From positions 320,001 through 384,000 of the forward strand of contig CAVONQ010000018.1 of NCBI GenBank assembly GCA_963697335.1: 64,000 nt of DNA, read 5' to 3'. Origin of the DNA: an uncultured cyanobacterium. GTDB lineage: Bacteria; Cyanobacteriota; Cyanobacteriia; PCC-6307; Cyanobiaceae. Position 1 is the stretch's first letter, and the number at the start of each line of letters is the position of its first letter. The translations under genes and the position numbers were made by a program. The notes under the pieces are model-generated. The model had not been told where the DNA came from and did not search any database. It saw nothing but the letters and a program-made list of their open reading frames with translations. Shown here one piece after another: positions 30,264 through 41,963 of this stretch.

Positions 30264-31700
30264 GTGAGCGCCGCCACGCTGTACGACAAGGTCTGGGACC
30301 TGCATCGGGTGGCCGAACTGCCCGGCGGAGCCACCCAGCTCTTCATCGGTCTGCACCTGATTCACGAGGTGACCAGCCCCCAGGCCTTCGCCGCCCTCCA
30401 GGATCTTGGCCTGGGCGTGCGTCATCCCGAGCGCACTGTGGCCACGGTGGATCACATCGTGCCCACCACATCCCAGGCGCGGCCCTTTGCCGATCCCCTC
30501 GCCGAAGCAATGCTCGCCACGCTCGAGCGCAACTGCGCCCAGCACGGCATCACCCTGCACGGCCTCGGCAGCGGCCGCCAGGGCATCGTGCACGTGATCG
30601 CCCCCGAGCTGGGCCTCACCCAGCCCGGCATGACCGTCGCCTGCGGCGACTCCCACACCTCCACCCACGGCGCCTTCGGCGCCATTGCCTTCGGCATCGG
30701 CACCAGCCAGGTGCGCGATGTGCTGGCCAGCCAGAGCCTGGCGATGGGCAAGCTCAAGGTGCGCCGCATCTGGGTGGAGGGCCGCCTGCAGCCGGGGGTC
30801 TATGCCAAGGATCTGGTGCTGCACATCATCCGCAGCCTCGGCGTGAAGGGCGGCGTGGGCCATGCCTATGAATTCGCCGGTCCGGCCATCGCCGCCCTCT
30901 CGATGGAAGAGCGCATGACCCTGTGCAACATGGCGATCGAGGGCGGCGCGCGCTGCGGCTATGTCAACCCAGACGCCACCACCTTCGCCTACCTCAAGGG
31001 CCGCCCCTACGCACCCGCCGGTGAGGCCTGGGAGCGGGCCGTGGCGTGGTGGACCAGCCTGGCCAGTGGTCCGGAGGCGGTGTTTGACGACGAGGTGCGC
31101 TTTGATGCCGCTGCCATCGCCCCCACCGTGACCTGGGGCATCACGCCCGGCCAGGGCATCGGCGTGGATGAAGCCATCCCAACCCTGGATCAGACCCCTG
31201 CCGATGAGCGCCCCCTTGCTGAGGAGGCCTACCGCTACATGGATCTGCTGCCCGGTGCCCCGATCGCTGGCACACCGGTGGATGTGTGCTTCATCGGCAG
31301 CTGCACCAACGGCCGGCTCAGCGATCTGCAGGCCGCTGCCGCCGTGGCCCGCGGCCGCCGGGTCGTCCCTGGCCTCAAGGCCTTTGTGGTGCCGGGTTCC
31401 GAGCAGGTGGCGGCTGCCGCCGAGGCCGAGGGCCTCGATGCGGTGTTCACCGCCGCTGGCTTCGAATGGCGCGAGCCCGGCTGTTCGATGTGTCTGGCCA
31501 TGAACCCCGACCGCCTCGAAGGCCGCCAGATCAGCGCCAGCTCCAGCAACCGCAACTTCAAGGGCCGCCAGGGCTCGGCCTCGGGCCGCACCCTGCTGAT
31601 GAGCCCCGCCATGGTGGCTGCCGCCGCCGTGACCGGTCGGGTGTGCGACGTGCGTGAGCTGTTGGCCACAGCGCCTGCCCCCCCGGTGCCCGCCGCCTGA
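30264..31700 (+). CDS. leuC: 3-isopropylmalate dehydratase large subunit
   Basis: [47 protein letters not shown]. Confidence 0.98.
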   Translation: MSAATLYDKVWDLHRVAELPGGATQLFIGLHLIHEVTSPQAFAALQDLGLGVRHPERTVATVDHIVPTTSQARPFADPLAEAMLATLERNCAQHGITLHGLGSGRQGIVHVIAPELGLTQPGMTVACGDSHTSTHGAFGAIAFGIGTSQVRDVLASQSLAMGKLKVRRIWVEGRLQPGVYAKDLVLHIIRSLGVKGGVGHAYEFAGPAIAALSMEERMTLCNMAIEGGARCGYVNPDATTFAYLKGRPYAPAGEAWERAVAWWTSLASGPEAVFDDEVRFDAAAIAPTVTWGITPGQGIGVDEAIPTLDQTPADERPLAEEAYRYMDLLPGAPIAGTPVDVCFIGSCTNGRLSDLQAAAAVARGRRVVPGLKAFVVPGSEQVAAAAEAEGLDAVFTAAGFEWREPGCSMCLAMNPDRLEGRQISASSSNRNFKGRQGSASGRTLLMSPAMVAAAAVTGRVCDVRELLATAPAPPVPAA

Positions 31701-31745
31701 AGCTGCTGCCTGAGCCCTCCCCCCATGCCCGCCGTGCCCCGCGCT

Positions 31746-32381
31746 ATGACCACTGCTCCCTTCCCCAGCGGCGCCATCAGCCAGGTGGCCGGCACCGCCG
31801 TGGTGCTGCGCGGCGATGACATCGACACCGATCGGATCATTCCGGCCCGATTTCTCAAGTGCGTCACCTTCGAGGGCCTCGGCGAGCAGGTCTTCGCTGA
31901 CGACCGGGCCGAACGGCAGGGGGCCCATCCCTTTGACCGGCCCGAGCACCGCGGGGCGAGGCTGCTCCTGGTGAACCGCAATTTCGGCTGCGGCTCCAGC
32001 CGCGAACATGCCCCCCAGGCGTTGATGCGCTGGGGGATCCGCGCGCTGGTGGGGGAGAGCTTTGCCGAGATCTTCTACGGCAACTGCCTCGCCCTGGGCC
32101 TTCCCTGCCTCACGGCCCCCCATGGGCTGATGCTGGCCATCCAGGAGGCTGCCTCAACCGCCCCCGCCACGGTCTTGAGCCTGACGGTGTCCTCGGCCAC
32201 ATTGCAGGCGCCGGGCCAGAGCTGGCCCCTGGAGCTGCCTGCCGGTCCGCGCCAGATGCTCAGCACCGGCCAGTGGGATGCCACCAGCCAGTTGCTGTCC
32301 CATCAGAGCGAACTCAGCCGCACCTTGGCGGCGCTGCCCTACGCCAACGGGTTTGCTCCCCTGGATGCCCTGATGGCCTGA
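31746..32381 (+). CDS. leuD: 3-isopropylmalate dehydratase small subunit
   Basis: DIDTDRIIPARFL, NFGCGSSREHA, FAEIFYGN. Confidence 0.97.
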   Translation: MTTAPFPSGAISQVAGTAVVLRGDDIDTDRIIPARFLKCVTFEGLGEQVFADDRAERQGAHPFDRPEHRGARLLLVNRNFGCGSSREHAPQALMRWGIRALVGESFAEIFYGNCLALGLPCLTAPHGLMLAIQEAASTAPATVLSLTVSSATLQAPGQSWPLELPAGPRQMLSTGQWDATSQLLSHQSELSRTLAALPYANGFAPLDALMA

Positions 32382-32415
32382 GCCAGGGTCTGCAGGAGCT
32401 CAGCCACCTCCCTTA

Positions 32416-34853
32416 TCACCCCCCTCGGTGCTGGGGTCGAGGCACGAACGGGGTGCCGCTGCCGTTGAAGTCGAAGTCGTTGAGGCGGATGCGGATGCCG
32501 CCGATGCCGTCATAGGGGCTGTAGAAAACGCCCAGTTCGTAGGCCCTCTGCTGCAGCTTCAGCTCCACGTAGGAGTAGCTCACATCGCCGTAGAAGGTGG
32601 AGCCGTTGTCGATGTTGATCGTGGCGCCTGCCTCCAGTACCAGGGGCCCGTAGATCTGCTGGGCGGCGTAGAAGCTCACGGTGCGCAGGTCGACGGCCCG
32701 ATCGAAGCCGAAGGGGCTGCCGCCATCAAGGAGGGTGCCCGCCAGGGAGGCGGAGAAGCGGGTGTAGTCGAGCACAGGGCGCTCGAAGCGTCCGATGGTG
32801 AAGGAGGGGCCTGCCGCCATGGTGAGGGTGTTCTGCTGGGCACCGTCCTGGTAGAAGGCCGTGCTGCCGTTGATGCCGAAATCCAGGCCGAGGCCGGGAA
32901 TCACCGGGATCGGCGCGTAGCGCAGCTGGGCCATGGTGTCGGGGTTGGCGCCATCGCGGTTTTCCCACAACCGCAGGGAGCCGTTCACTCCCCCCGCAGC
33001 ACGCTGCGCCACTGGGTGTCGAGGCTGTCGGTGTCGAACAGGGCTGCCTGATAGTTGCCGCTGAGGGCCCGCCAGTTCAGGCGCAGGGGGGTGAAATAGG
33101 GGGTGCCCTGAGGGGGCTCGTCATCGGCTCGGCTACCAGTCAGCTGAGCCTCGCCCTGGAGCTCGGCCCCATAGGAATACACCAGGGTCTGCAGGCCAAG
33201 GCTGCCGTTGTAGATGCGCTCCCGATAGCTGCCGAACAGCGCCCCCTGGGAGCTGCTGTGGCCCGGCAGGCCCAGAGGGGTGCTCAGCTGGGCGTTGCTG
33301 CGGGTGCCGGCGCGGAAGTTGTCCGGATTGAAGGTGGAGAGGCTGGCATCACCGAGCAGCCGGAAGCGCCCCACGGGCACATCCAGCAGGGTGGCCAGGC
33401 CGAAGAGGTCGCCGAAGCTGGCTTGCTGCTCCACGTCCGGTCCGGCCAGGGAGCTGCCGGGGCGCACGTAGCTATCCGTGCGATCTTCGATCGCACGCTG
33501 GATCATCAGCTGGGGTTGCAGCCGCAGCACCCCTTCCTGGCCCAGCCGCAGCGGGGGCAGGTTGTAGCCCAGGAAGATACCGTCCCGGTCCCGACGGTCG
33601 GAATTCAGGCTGAAGGCGCTCTGCTGCTGGCCGATCTGGGCATCGCGCAGGCCCCGCACCGAGAAGCGATCCCCCAGCAGGATGCGACTGTCGCGACTGC
33701 TGATGCTGGTCACCCCGTCGGGGCGGATCCGGGCCTCCACCCCGCGGGCATAGATCCAGGCCTTGGCGGGGGTGAAGGGGTCGTTGGTGAAGGCCACGGC
33801 ATCAGCGAACCAGCCATCGCGCTGGATGCGGATGCTGGTGGCCTGGAAGCGCAGGCGGGTCAGCGGGCCCTCCTTCGGCGGCTGGGGCCGGTAGCTGCCG
33901 AAGCCTCCAGGGGCGTCGTTCTGCTGCTCGATCAGGGGGGCCAGGTCGATTTTGATCGTGGTGTCCTGGCTCTGGCGGTAGCGCACGCCGCTCACCCGCT
34001 GGTCGATCGGAAGGTCGGGCTCTGTTGGTCCGCTGCTGCCGCTCCGCCGTTCGCCCTGCTCGCCCGCCGCCTGGTCGCCCGTGCCGACGCTCTCGCCGGG
34101 GGCGCGGGGCTCCAGTGCCACGTCGTTGAGGATCTGGCCCAGGGAGCTGTGGCGCGGGCTGGCATCACCCCCGGGGCAGCCCACCGGTGCGGGCATGGTG
34201 GGCTGCGAGCGGCGCCCCGGGGGGAGCAGTTCCAGCAGCGGGCGCGCCTGCGGATCGGCGGTCAGCTCCGGGCAGGCGAAGCTGTCGTCAAGGACCACGG
34301 CGGGTTCGCTGGGAGCTGGCGCTTGGGCAGCGGCGCTGGCTTCGCCCCCTCCCGGCGCGGCACCCCCCACTCCCATCGGCCGCAGGGCCCCGAAGTCGCG
34401 GGCGAGGGTGTCCTGATCCAGCACCCCGTAGACGTCGGTGATGGTGCCGGAGCCCTCCCAGTCGTTGTAGCGGAGGCTGCCGGCCTGCAGCATCTGGTCG
34501 CCACGGACCAGCCGCAACTGGCCGGTGGCCAGCACGCTGCGCCGCCCGTCGCGCAGCTCGATGCGGTCGGCCAGCAGCCGCCAGCCGGCAAAGCGGGCCT
34601 CCACGTTGCCGCTCACCGTCAGGGTGCCCGAAGCGCGGTCGTAGCTCTGCCGATCCGAGCGAACCACCAGCAGCCGTGGCTCCGCAGGTTGCTGGCCGGT
34701 GCCGGCTGCTGGTGGTTCGCTCGGGTCACTCGGTGAGTCGGCCGGGGCTTCGGCGGCCCCCACTGCAGGGGCCAGAGCACTCAGCACCACAAGGGCTGCC
34801 AGCCAGGTCCCGCGCCACTGGCGCCGGCGCCCTGGGCGGGGCCTCATCCTCAT
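32416..34853 (-). pseudogene. DUF3769/LptD-like (OstA) outer-membrane protein, split by a frameshift near 32990
   Basis: OstA-like N-terminus (SDRQSYD, GNVEARF), FTNDPFTP, YRERIYNGSLG; C-terminal QQIYGPL and YSPYDGIG in another frame; junction at a G6 run. Confidence 0.75.
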
Positions 34854-35162
34854 CAGGGCGCTGGCTGAAAGACGACGTGCATCAGGTCCGCGGGAGGGGG
34901 GGGCGGTGCATCGGCAGGACCCACAGTGCTGGCTCATGGGCGGAGCAGGGACCGTCGGGGGACGGGCATTCAACTGATCGCCCGCTGGCTGACCGCCCGG
35001 TCGCCGAGCACTGCCCATGACCTACTCACCCCTCTGGGGGATTCAGGCCTGTCTCAACACGTCGGTCCCCGGACAGAACGGCCTGCGGCCTCGCTGATTC
35101 CGGCTCAGCTGCGCCAACCTGAGGTTTCTCCCAGCCCTGGCCCTACCCGCTGAGCCACCCAG

Positions 35163-35282
35163 TCACTCTTCGAGGTCTTTGCGGCTTGGGGTGCGACTCG
35201 GATCGCTCGCCAGGAAACCGAACACAAAAATCCCGATGAAAAAGAAGACGACCGAATAAACCGAGATCTTGAGAGCGAGCAT
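35163..35282 (-). CDS. psbI: Photosystem II reaction center protein I
   Basis: [39 protein letters not shown]. Confidence 0.97.
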   Translation of the reverse strand: MLALKISVYSVVFFFIGIFVFGFLASDPSRTPSRKDLEE

Positions 35283-35441
35283 GGTTCGGTCTTGTGCGGA
35301 GCGGGCAGGTAACAGGGAGTGACGGCCATCTCTGAGGACCTCGTCGACCCTCAGGCAGCGGCCCCATCCTATGGGACCTGGCCTGCCATCCAACGATGCC
35401 CAGGGCCATGACCGCTGGCCTGCAGCCTCACAAGCCTCACT

Positions 35442-38363
35442 TTGAAACGAATCAGTCCCGTTCCCGCTCCGCTCGACCTGCAGGCCCGCTGGCACTGTCC
35501 CCAGCCCGACGGTGGCGCGGGCTCCGCCCTGGAGCATCCCTGGGGAGCGCGTCATCGTCCGGATTGGCAGGCCCGAGGCCTGGTGATCTGGCCCCGGGGA
35601 GGCCAGTGGACCTGCCTGACCCTGCAGCTGCCCTGCCCCGGGACGTGGCAGTTGGCCCAGGCGGAGACGGCTGGCCTGCGGGCCCGGCTGGCCCTGCGCT
35701 GGTGGGCCGATCAGGCCGAGTTGTGGGTCGATGGCGCCCTGGTGCACCGCGGCGATCTCTTTGACACGGCCTGCCGCTGGCCCTTGCCCCAGCGCTGGTG
35801 GCGGGGGGAGGCGCTGCGGCTCGAGCTGCGACTGCGCAGCCCCCTGCACGACGACGGTGCCCTGATCCACAGCAGCATCGACCTCGAACCCCTGGATCCT
35901 GAAGATCCCCTGGGGGTGCTGCAACCGGCCCGGGAGGCCCTGCTGGCCCTGCGTCAGCAGGCCGGCCAGCCCGAGGAGCTGCCCCCTGGGGCGGGGCTGC
36001 ACGTGCTGGGCCACGCCCATCTCGATCTGGCCTGGCTGTGGCCCGTGGCCGACACCTGGCAGGCGGCGGAGCGCACCTTCAGCTCGGCCCTGGATCTGAT
36101 CGATCGCTTCCCCGACCTCCACTTCGCCCACTCCACCCCGGCGCTCTACGCCTGGCTGGAGCGCCAGCGCCCTGCCCTGCTGCGGCGCCTCCAGGCGGCC
36201 GTGCGCGCCGGCCGCTTTGAGCCGATCAACGGCCCCTGGGTGGAAACCGACTGCGTGCTGATCAGCACCGCCTCGCTGCTGCGCCAGTTCCAGGAGGGCC
36301 AGCACGACAGCCGCCGCCGCTTCCCGGGTCTGAGCCATCAGCTGGCCTGGCTGCCCGACAGCTTCGGCTTTGGGGCGGGTCTGCCGGCGGTGGCCGCGGC
36401 CACCGATGTGCGCTGGTTCTGCACCCACAAACTGTTCTGGAATGCCACCAACGCCTTCCCGCACCGGCTGTTTCGCTGGCGCAGCCGCTGTGGCAGCGAG
36501 CTGCTGGCCCTGATGAGCGCGCCGATCGGCACCGATGGCGATCCCCTCGCCATGGAGCGGCACCGGCTGGAGTGGCAGGGGGCCACCGGGCTGCCCCAGG
36601 CCCTCTGGCTGCCGGGGGTCGGCGACCACGGCGGCGGCCCCACCGCCGAGATGCTGGAGCAGCTGGAGCTGTGGCGGCACCAGCCCGATGCGGCGCCCCA
36701 GAGCCACGGCAGCCTCCGCTCCTTCCTGGCGGGCCTCGAGCCCCTGCGCCCGCAGCTGCCGGTGTGGCGCGATGAGCTCTATCTCGAACTGCACCGGGGC
36801 TGCGCCACCACCCGGCCCGACCAGAAACGCCACAACCGCACCCTGGAGCGGCTGCTCCGGGAAGCTGGGCTGGCCGCCGTGCTGGCAGGGGCGCGCCAGC
36901 AGCCCGATTGGCAGCCCCTGCTGTTTCAGCAGTTCCACGACATCCTTCCGGGCACGGCGATCCCGGAGGTGTTCGAGCAGGCTGAGCCCGTCTGGCGCGC
37001 TGCTCGACGCCAGGCCCGGGCTGCCCGCGATCGCCATCTCCAGCAGTGGCTGGGCCTCACCCCTGCCGGGCCGCCTGCTGCTCGCCAGGGCGGCCCAGAG
37101 CGGTGGTGGGCCGTTCAGATGCAGCCACTTTCGGCGCGTCGCCGGGTGCGGAGGCTGCCGGCGGGGCTCTGGAGCGCTGCCGGAGCCCTGTTGCCCCAGC
37201 AGGGGGCTGCCGCCGGTGGCGACTGGGTGCAACTCCCCGCCCTGGCTGGCGTGGTGGCCCAGCCCCTGGAGCGCCATGCGGCCGTGGCTGCCGCCCAGCC
37301 GCTGGAGCCGCAGTCGGCGGTGGTGGAGCAGCCGGTCTGGACCGCCGGCCAGCGGGCCGGCAACGGCCTGATCGCCGTGGAGCTCGGCCAGCACGGCGTG
37401 GAGCAGCTCTGGGACCAGGACGGCCGCAGCCTGCTGGCCGAGCCCCTGCGCTGGTGCCGCTACGCCGATCGCGGTCAGTTCTGGGACGCCTGGGACCTGG
37501 CCCCTGACCACGCCGACCACCCGCTCCCCTGGACCTGGCAGGGGGCACCGGTGTGGCGTGAGCGGGGGCCGCTCTGTGCCAGCTTCGTGTGGCGGGGCCG
37601 ATTCGGCCGCAGTCGGGTGCGGCTGGAGGGGCGGCTGCTCGCCGCGACCCCCTGGCTCGAGCTGATGTTGAGCATCGACTGGCACCAGCGCCATGAGCTG
37701 CTGCGGCTGGAGCTGCCCCTGGCAGAGCCCGCCCAGCGCTGGGCGGCCGACACGTCCGGTGGGGTGCTGGAGCGTCCGGCCGTGGCCGTGACCGCCCGTG
37801 AGCAGGCCCGCTGGGAGGTGGCCGCGATCAGTTGGCTGGCCTCCGCGGGCCGCGGCGGCGGTCTGGCGGTGCTGCTGGATGGGCCCCAGGGGGTGTCCTG
37901 TGATGCCGGGCGGCTTGGGGTGTCCCTGCTGCGGGCTCCCACCTGGCCCGACCCCGGTGCCGACAACGGCCGCCGCCGCCAGCGGCTGGCCCTGATGGCC
38001 GCAGCCCCCACCTGGGCCCAGGCCGCCATCCCCGACCACGCCCAGGTTTTCCGCGAGCCGCTCTGGCTGGGGCGCGCTGCGGCAGCGGGGGATGGGCGGG
38101 CGGCCCCCCGGGAGGGTTTGCCCCCCCTGGCCGAGGGGCTCGCCCTGCTGGGGCTATGGCCCAGCAGGGCCAGCGAGGGGACGGCGGCCCAGGCCGTGAT
38201 CGCCGTGGCCAACCACTCGGCCTGTCGGCGCCGGCTTGAGCTGGGCCCCGGCTGGACGGTGCTGGCGAGGGTCAATGGACTTGAGGAGACCGTTGCAGCC
38301 GCCCAGGAGCACGAGCTTCAGCCCTGGCAGCTGGGGTTCTGGCGCCTGGGCCGCAACAGCTGA
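35442..38363 (+). CDS. Alpha-mannosidase, GH38 family
   Basis: [57 protein letters not shown]. Confidence 0.93.
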   Translation: MKRISPVPAPLDLQARWHCPQPDGGAGSALEHPWGARHRPDWQARGLVIWPRGGQWTCLTLQLPCPGTWQLAQAETAGLRARLALRWWADQAELWVDGALVHRGDLFDTACRWPLPQRWWRGEALRLELRLRSPLHDDGALIHSSIDLEPLDPEDPLGVLQPAREALLALRQQAGQPEELPPGAGLHVLGHAHLDLAWLWPVADTWQAAERTFSSALDLIDRFPDLHFAHSTPALYAWLERQRPALLRRLQAAVRAGRFEPINGPWVETDCVLISTASLLRQFQEGQHDSRRRFPGLSHQLAWLPDSFGFGAGLPAVAAATDVRWFCTHKLFWNATNAFPHRLFRWRSRCGSELLALMSAPIGTDGDPLAMERHRLEWQGATGLPQALWLPGVGDHGGGPTAEMLEQLELWRHQPDAAPQSHGSLRSFLAGLEPLRPQLPVWRDELYLELHRGCATTRPDQKRHNRTLERLLREAGLAAVLAGARQQPDWQPLLFQQFHDILPGTAIPEVFEQAEPVWRAARRQARAARDRHLQQWLGLTPAGPPAARQGGPERWWAVQMQPLSARRRVRRLPAGLWSAAGALLPQQGAAAGGDWVQLPALAGVVAQPLERHAAVAAAQPLEPQSAVVEQPVWTAGQRAGNGLIAVELGQHGVEQLWDQDGRSLLAEPLRWCRYADRGQFWDAWDLAPDHADHPLPWTWQGAPVWRERGPLCASFVWRGRFGRSRVRLEGRLLAATPWLELMLSIDWHQRHELLRLELPLAEPAQRWAADTSGGVLERPAVAVTAREQARWEVAAISWLASAGRGGGLAVLLDGPQGVSCDAGRLGVSLLRAPTWPDPGADNGRRRQRLALMAAAPTWAQAAIPDHAQVFREPLWLGRAAAAGDGRAAPREGLPPLAEGLALLGLWPSRASEGTAAQAVIAVANHSACRRRLELGPGWTVLARVNGLEETVAAAQEHELQPWQLGFWRLGRNS

Positions 38364-38429
38364 ACCTGGGCCCAGAAGGCTGTGCCAGAGGCGTTTCGAT
38401 GCCGCTGTTGATCCGCCCTCGCGGACGCC

Positions 38430-38579
38430 TCAGTCCTCGTGATCGTCGAAGGGATCGGTGAGCTGGCGGGAGGGCGGCCCAAAGGCCATGTAGATGCCGA
38501 AGCCGGTGAGCCCAAGCAACACGGCCAGCACGGCCAGGGCGACGGAGAGGGCAGGCGAGCCGCTGGTGCTGGGATCCAT
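38430..38579 (-). CDS. psbN: Photosystem II assembly protein PsbN
   Basis: LTGFGIYMAFGPPSRQLTDPFDDHED; divergent from psbH. Confidence 0.96.
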   Translation of the reverse strand: MDPSTSGSPALSVALAVLAVLLGLTGFGIYMAFGPPSRQLTDPFDDHED

Positions 38580-38716
38580 GGGGGAAGGCAGGGGGGCGGG
38601 CGAACGGGAGGGAGGGCCCCAACGATCGGTCACATCTCTCGAAAGCCTGGCGCACAAGGCCTTGGAGAGCACTAGAGTAGCCATCCCAACACCTCAGGCG
38701 AGAGGCCCAAGCAGCC

Positions 38717-38917
38717 ATGGCTCAACGCACACCTCTCGGAGATCTGCTGCGTCCACTGAATTCCGAATACGGCAAAGTCGTGCCCGGCTGGGGTACCACC
38801 GCCGTCATGGGCATCTTCATGGCCCTGTTTCTGGTGTTCCTGCTGGTGATCCTGCAGCTCTACAACCAGTCACTTCTGCTCGAAGGCATCAACGTGAACT
38901 GGAACGGTGCAGGCTGA
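38717..38917 (+). CDS. psbH: Photosystem II reaction center protein H
   Basis: [28 protein letters not shown]. Confidence 0.98.
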   Translation: MAQRTPLGDLLRPLNSEYGKVVPGWGTTAVMGIFMALFLVFLLVILQLYNQSLLLEGINVNWNGAG

Positions 38918-38941
38918 GCCTGACCCCTACAGGTTCCTGCG

Positions 38942-39280
38942 ATGAACATCTTCGGAATCGGCCTGCCCGAGATGGCGGTGATCGCCGCCATCGGTTTGCT
39001 GGTGTTTGGGCCCAAGCGGCTGCCCGAGCTGGGCCGCACCCTGGGCCGGACGATCAAGGGCTTTCAATCGGCCTCCTCCGAATTTGAGCAGGAGTTCCGC
39101 ACCGCCATCAACAGCTTTGAAGCCACCGCTTCTGGGGCCGAATCTGCAGCACCCTCCGCCTCTCCTGCCCAGCTCTCGGTACCGCCAGCTGCTGTAGAGC
39201 CCGTTGTTGACACTGCCCCGACGCAAGCAGACTCTGCTGGGCACGACACTGGACCAGAGCCAGGGCCAAGCGCGATGTGA
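38942..39280 (+). CDS. tatA: Twin-arginine translocase TatA/E subunit
   Basis: MNIFGIGLPE...FGPKRLPELGR. Confidence 0.93.
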   Translation: MNIFGIGLPEMAVIAAIGLLVFGPKRLPELGRTLGRTIKGFQSASSEFEQEFRTAINSFEATASGAESAAPSASPAQLSVPPAAVEPVVDTAPTQADSAGHDTGPEPGPSAM

Positions 39281-39332
39281 TCCCCGGCGCCAGCCTGAGG
39301 CTAGGGTCGCCAGCCTTCCCACGACGCGGTCC

Positions 39333-39968
39333 TTGCCGGTAGATCCGTCCACCAACAGTCCTCCCCTGCAGTTGGTGGTGGGGCTTGGGAACCCCGGCTC
39401 CCGCTATGCCGGCACCCGGCACAACGTCGGCTTCATGGCCCTGGAGCGCCTGGCCGCGGCCGCAGGCGTGACCTTCCGTCAGCAGGCCAAACTCCATGGC
39501 CTGCTGGCGGATCTGGGCCACGGAGATCAGCGCCTGCGGCTGCTGATGCCCCAGACGTTCATGAATGAGAGCGGCCGCTCGATTCGCGCTGCCCTCGGCT
39601 GGTTTTCAGTTGAGCCCGGCCAGCTGCTCGTGCTCGTGGATGACATGGACCTGCCCCTGGGCCGGCTGCGCCTGCGCGTCAGCGGCAGTGCCGGCGGCCA
39701 CAACGGCCTGCGCAGCACCATCAGCCAGCTCGGCACCCAGGATTTCCCCCGGCTGCGGATCGGTATCGGTGCCCCGGCCGACAATCCCGCCGAGCGACGC
39801 GCCCGCACCGTGGGTCACGTGTTGGGGCGCTTCTCCCCGGCCGAGCAGCCCTGCCTCGAGGACGTGCTCAGCGAGGTGGAGGCGGGCATCGGCCTGATCC
39901 AGCGCCAGGGTCTGGAACGGGCTGGTAATCGTTTGAACAGTTTTCAGCCCCAGCACCCCCCAGCCTGA
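39333..39968 (+). CDS. pth: Peptidyl-tRNA hydrolase
   Basis: LVVGLGNPG, TRHNVGF, FMNESG, GGHNGL, RLRIGIG; start approximate (TTG 39333). Confidence 0.95.
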   Translation: MPVDPSTNSPPLQLVVGLGNPGSRYAGTRHNVGFMALERLAAAAGVTFRQQAKLHGLLADLGHGDQRLRLLMPQTFMNESGRSIRAALGWFSVEPGQLLVLVDDMDLPLGRLRLRVSGSAGGHNGLRSTISQLGTQDFPRLRIGIGAPADNPAERRARTVGHVLGRFSPAEQPCLEDVLSEVEAGIGLIQRQGLERAGNRLNSFQPQHPPA

Positions 39969-39972
39969 GCGG

Positions 39973-40230
39973 ATGGCCTCTCTGCCCCTCACCACGGCCC
40001 AGTTGCGGGTGTTGCACCAGAGCTTCAGCCATCGACGGCTGGAGGGGGAGGTGAGCGCCGGTGGCTTCCATTGGACCTTCAGCTGGGCCTTCGACCGCGG
40101 TGAATTGCAGGTGGAGCCCTCCCTCGGGCGGGCGCTGATCCAGGACGCCCTGTTGCGCTTCCTGCTCAAGGCCGACTACCAGCTCGAGCCCGGTGGCGAT
40201 TACGCCTTCACGGTGCGCGCCCGCTTCTAG
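39973..40230 (+). CDS. DUF3146-like protein
   Basis: GEVSAGGFHW, PSLGRALI, DYQLEPGGDY. Confidence 0.8.
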   Translation: MASLPLTTAQLRVLHQSFSHRRLEGEVSAGGFHWTFSWAFDRGELQVEPSLGRALIQDALLRFLLKADYQLEPGGDYAFTVRARF

Positions 40231-40673
40231 GCGGGCCAGTGGCGCAGCAGCGGCGTGTCCTCCCGGCTGAGCGGGTGCCCCAGCCAGCGCTCCAGCAGCA
40301 GCTGGGCCACCACGTCGTCGACATCCCGGGGGGGCAGGCGCAGGCCGGGGGGCAGCAGCCGGCGCCAGCTGCCGGCCCCCTCCAGCTCCCAGAAGCGGCT
40401 GCGGGCCTCCAGGGTGGTGCCCCGCTCATCCACCGAATGGGGATCCAGGCCGCAGCCGCGGAGCTGGGACGGCCAGGGGCCACTACCGGTGCCGTTGCCG
40501 AGCACCACCTGCGCCAGACCGCGCTGCTGCTGCCAGTGCCGCAACAGGTTCAATGCCTCCGCCGGCGCCAGGATCGCAGCCTGCAGCAGCACCGACGCCC
40601 TGGAATCGGCCAGCACCACTCCGCACTTGCTGCGCCCGGGATCGAGCCCAGCCAGCAGGAACGCCCCGCTCAC
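40227..40673 (-). CDS. YqgF/RuvX-like RNase H-fold resolvase
   Basis: GLDPGRSKCG, LGNGTGS, VDERGTT, DDVVA. Confidence 0.85.
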   Translation of the reverse strand: MSGAFLLAGLDPGRSKCGVVLADSRASVLLQAAILAPAEALNLLRHWQQQRGLAQVVLGNGTGSGPWPSQLRGCGLDPHSVDERGTTLEARSRFWELEGAGSWRRLLPPGLRLPPRDVDDVVAQLLLERWLGHPLSREDTPLLRHWPA

Positions 40674-41908
40674 GGGCGGCCTGCCCCGGTGGTGCCTGAA
40701 ATCCTCAGCTCCACAGAGATCGGATCGGGGGTGTCGGCATCGCGCAGGGCCACCGCCTCGAGCTGCACCACCGAGGCGGCTGGGCGCTCCGCCAGGCGGC
40801 GGGTGAGCTGGTTGAAGCCGGCAGCATCGAACTGCAACCCATCTTCGATCGTGCCCTGGCGCTGGGCCTGGGCGTAGGCAGCCGCCAGCAGCAGGTTGAG
40901 CCTTCGGGCCAGCTGGTCGGGGTTGCGCAGGCCGGCCTCGATCGTGGTGCGGGCCATCACCTCACCGGCTGCCACCACCCGCCGGTTGGGGCGCAGGTCG
41001 GGGAAGGCCAGCACCTGCCTCTCGCCGCGCAGCACGTTGGCGGCCGAGAGAATGCTCACCACCCAGGTGCCGGGCCGCTCCAGCAGGCCCTCCAGGCGGT
41101 TGATGTCGTTGCTGGGCACCAGCAGGATCTGCCGATCCACCGCCTCCCCGGGCAGCACGCGCCTGAAGGCGTTGAGGTTGGCCTGCTGCAGCAACGCATT
41201 GATCACTTCTCTGGCCTGGCTGGGGTTCTCCAGCTTCACCTTGGCGCTGGCCAGGGGTTGGCCGGTGGTGATCACCACGTCGCCGCGCCGCAGGGCGATC
41301 AGGTTGTTCTCGAGCTCCCGCAGCTCCTGGGCCCCTGCCGCGATCCGCTCACGCACCGTGGCCAGCTCAGCCTCGGTGCGCTGGATCTCAGCGTCCCGGC
41401 CCCGCACCACCTCACTGAGACGAGCCCGTTGACCCTCCAGGCTCACGTTCTGCTTCTCGAGCGCCAGCTTGTCGCGCTCCAGCCTGGCGCGCTGGGCCTG
41501 CAGGGGGGCCAGCTCCTTGCGCAGGGCAGCACTGCGCCGTTCGGCCTGGGCCAGTTCCTGCTGCACCTTGCGTTGACCCGCCTGGGCCCGGGCCACCTCC
41601 GCCTGGCTGGTGCTGAGCCGCTGGCGGCTGGCCTCGAGCTGGTTGCGGGTGCCGCTGAGCCGCTCCTCTAGCTGGTCGAGCTCGAACAGGCCCGTGCGCA
41701 GACGCTCACTCACCAGCAGCATCAGCCCGAGGGACATGGCGCTGATCAGGCTGCCCGTGAGCACCGTGATCAGCACGGCAGTGCGCCGCGGCCGCAGGTT
41801 GAACAGGCTCAGCCTGGCCTTGCCGACCCGGCTGCCCAGTCGGTCGCCCAGGGTGGAGAGCACGCCGCCCAGAACCAGCAGCGCCAGGATCAGAATCCAG
41901 CCCGACAC
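40670..41908 (-). CDS. DUF3084 coiled-coil membrane protein
   Basis: GDRLGSRVGKARLSLFNLRPRRTA plus a long coiled coil; lies downstream of ntcA. Confidence 0.87.
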   Translation of the reverse strand: MSGWILILALLVLGGVLSTLGDRLGSRVGKARLSLFNLRPRRTAVLITVLTGSLISAMSLGLMLLVSERLRTGLFELDQLEERLSGTRNQLEASRQRLSTSQAEVARAQAGQRKVQQELAQAERRSAALRKELAPLQAQRARLERDKLALEKQNVSLEGQRARLSEVVRGRDAEIQRTEAELATVRERIAAGAQELRELENNLIALRRGDVVITTGQPLASAKVKLENPSQAREVINALLQQANLNAFRRVLPGEAVDRQILLVPSNDINRLEGLLERPGTWVVSILSAANVLRGERQVLAFPDLRPNRRVVAAGEVMARTTIEAGLRNPDQLARRLNLLLAAAYAQAQRQGTIEDGLQFDAAGFNQLTRRLAERPAASVVQLEAVALRDADTPDPISVELRISGTTGAGRP

Positions 41909-41963
41909 AGATGTCCTCGTATGGGGCCAGTATCCCGCCTTGGCCGTTGTGCTCCGGCTGAGG

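Noticed and set aside
35163..38039. 958-aa minus-strand ORF ending in PsbI
   Set aside because: Antisense shadow of the GH38 mannosidase that happens to run in frame into psbI; only the last 39 aa are real.
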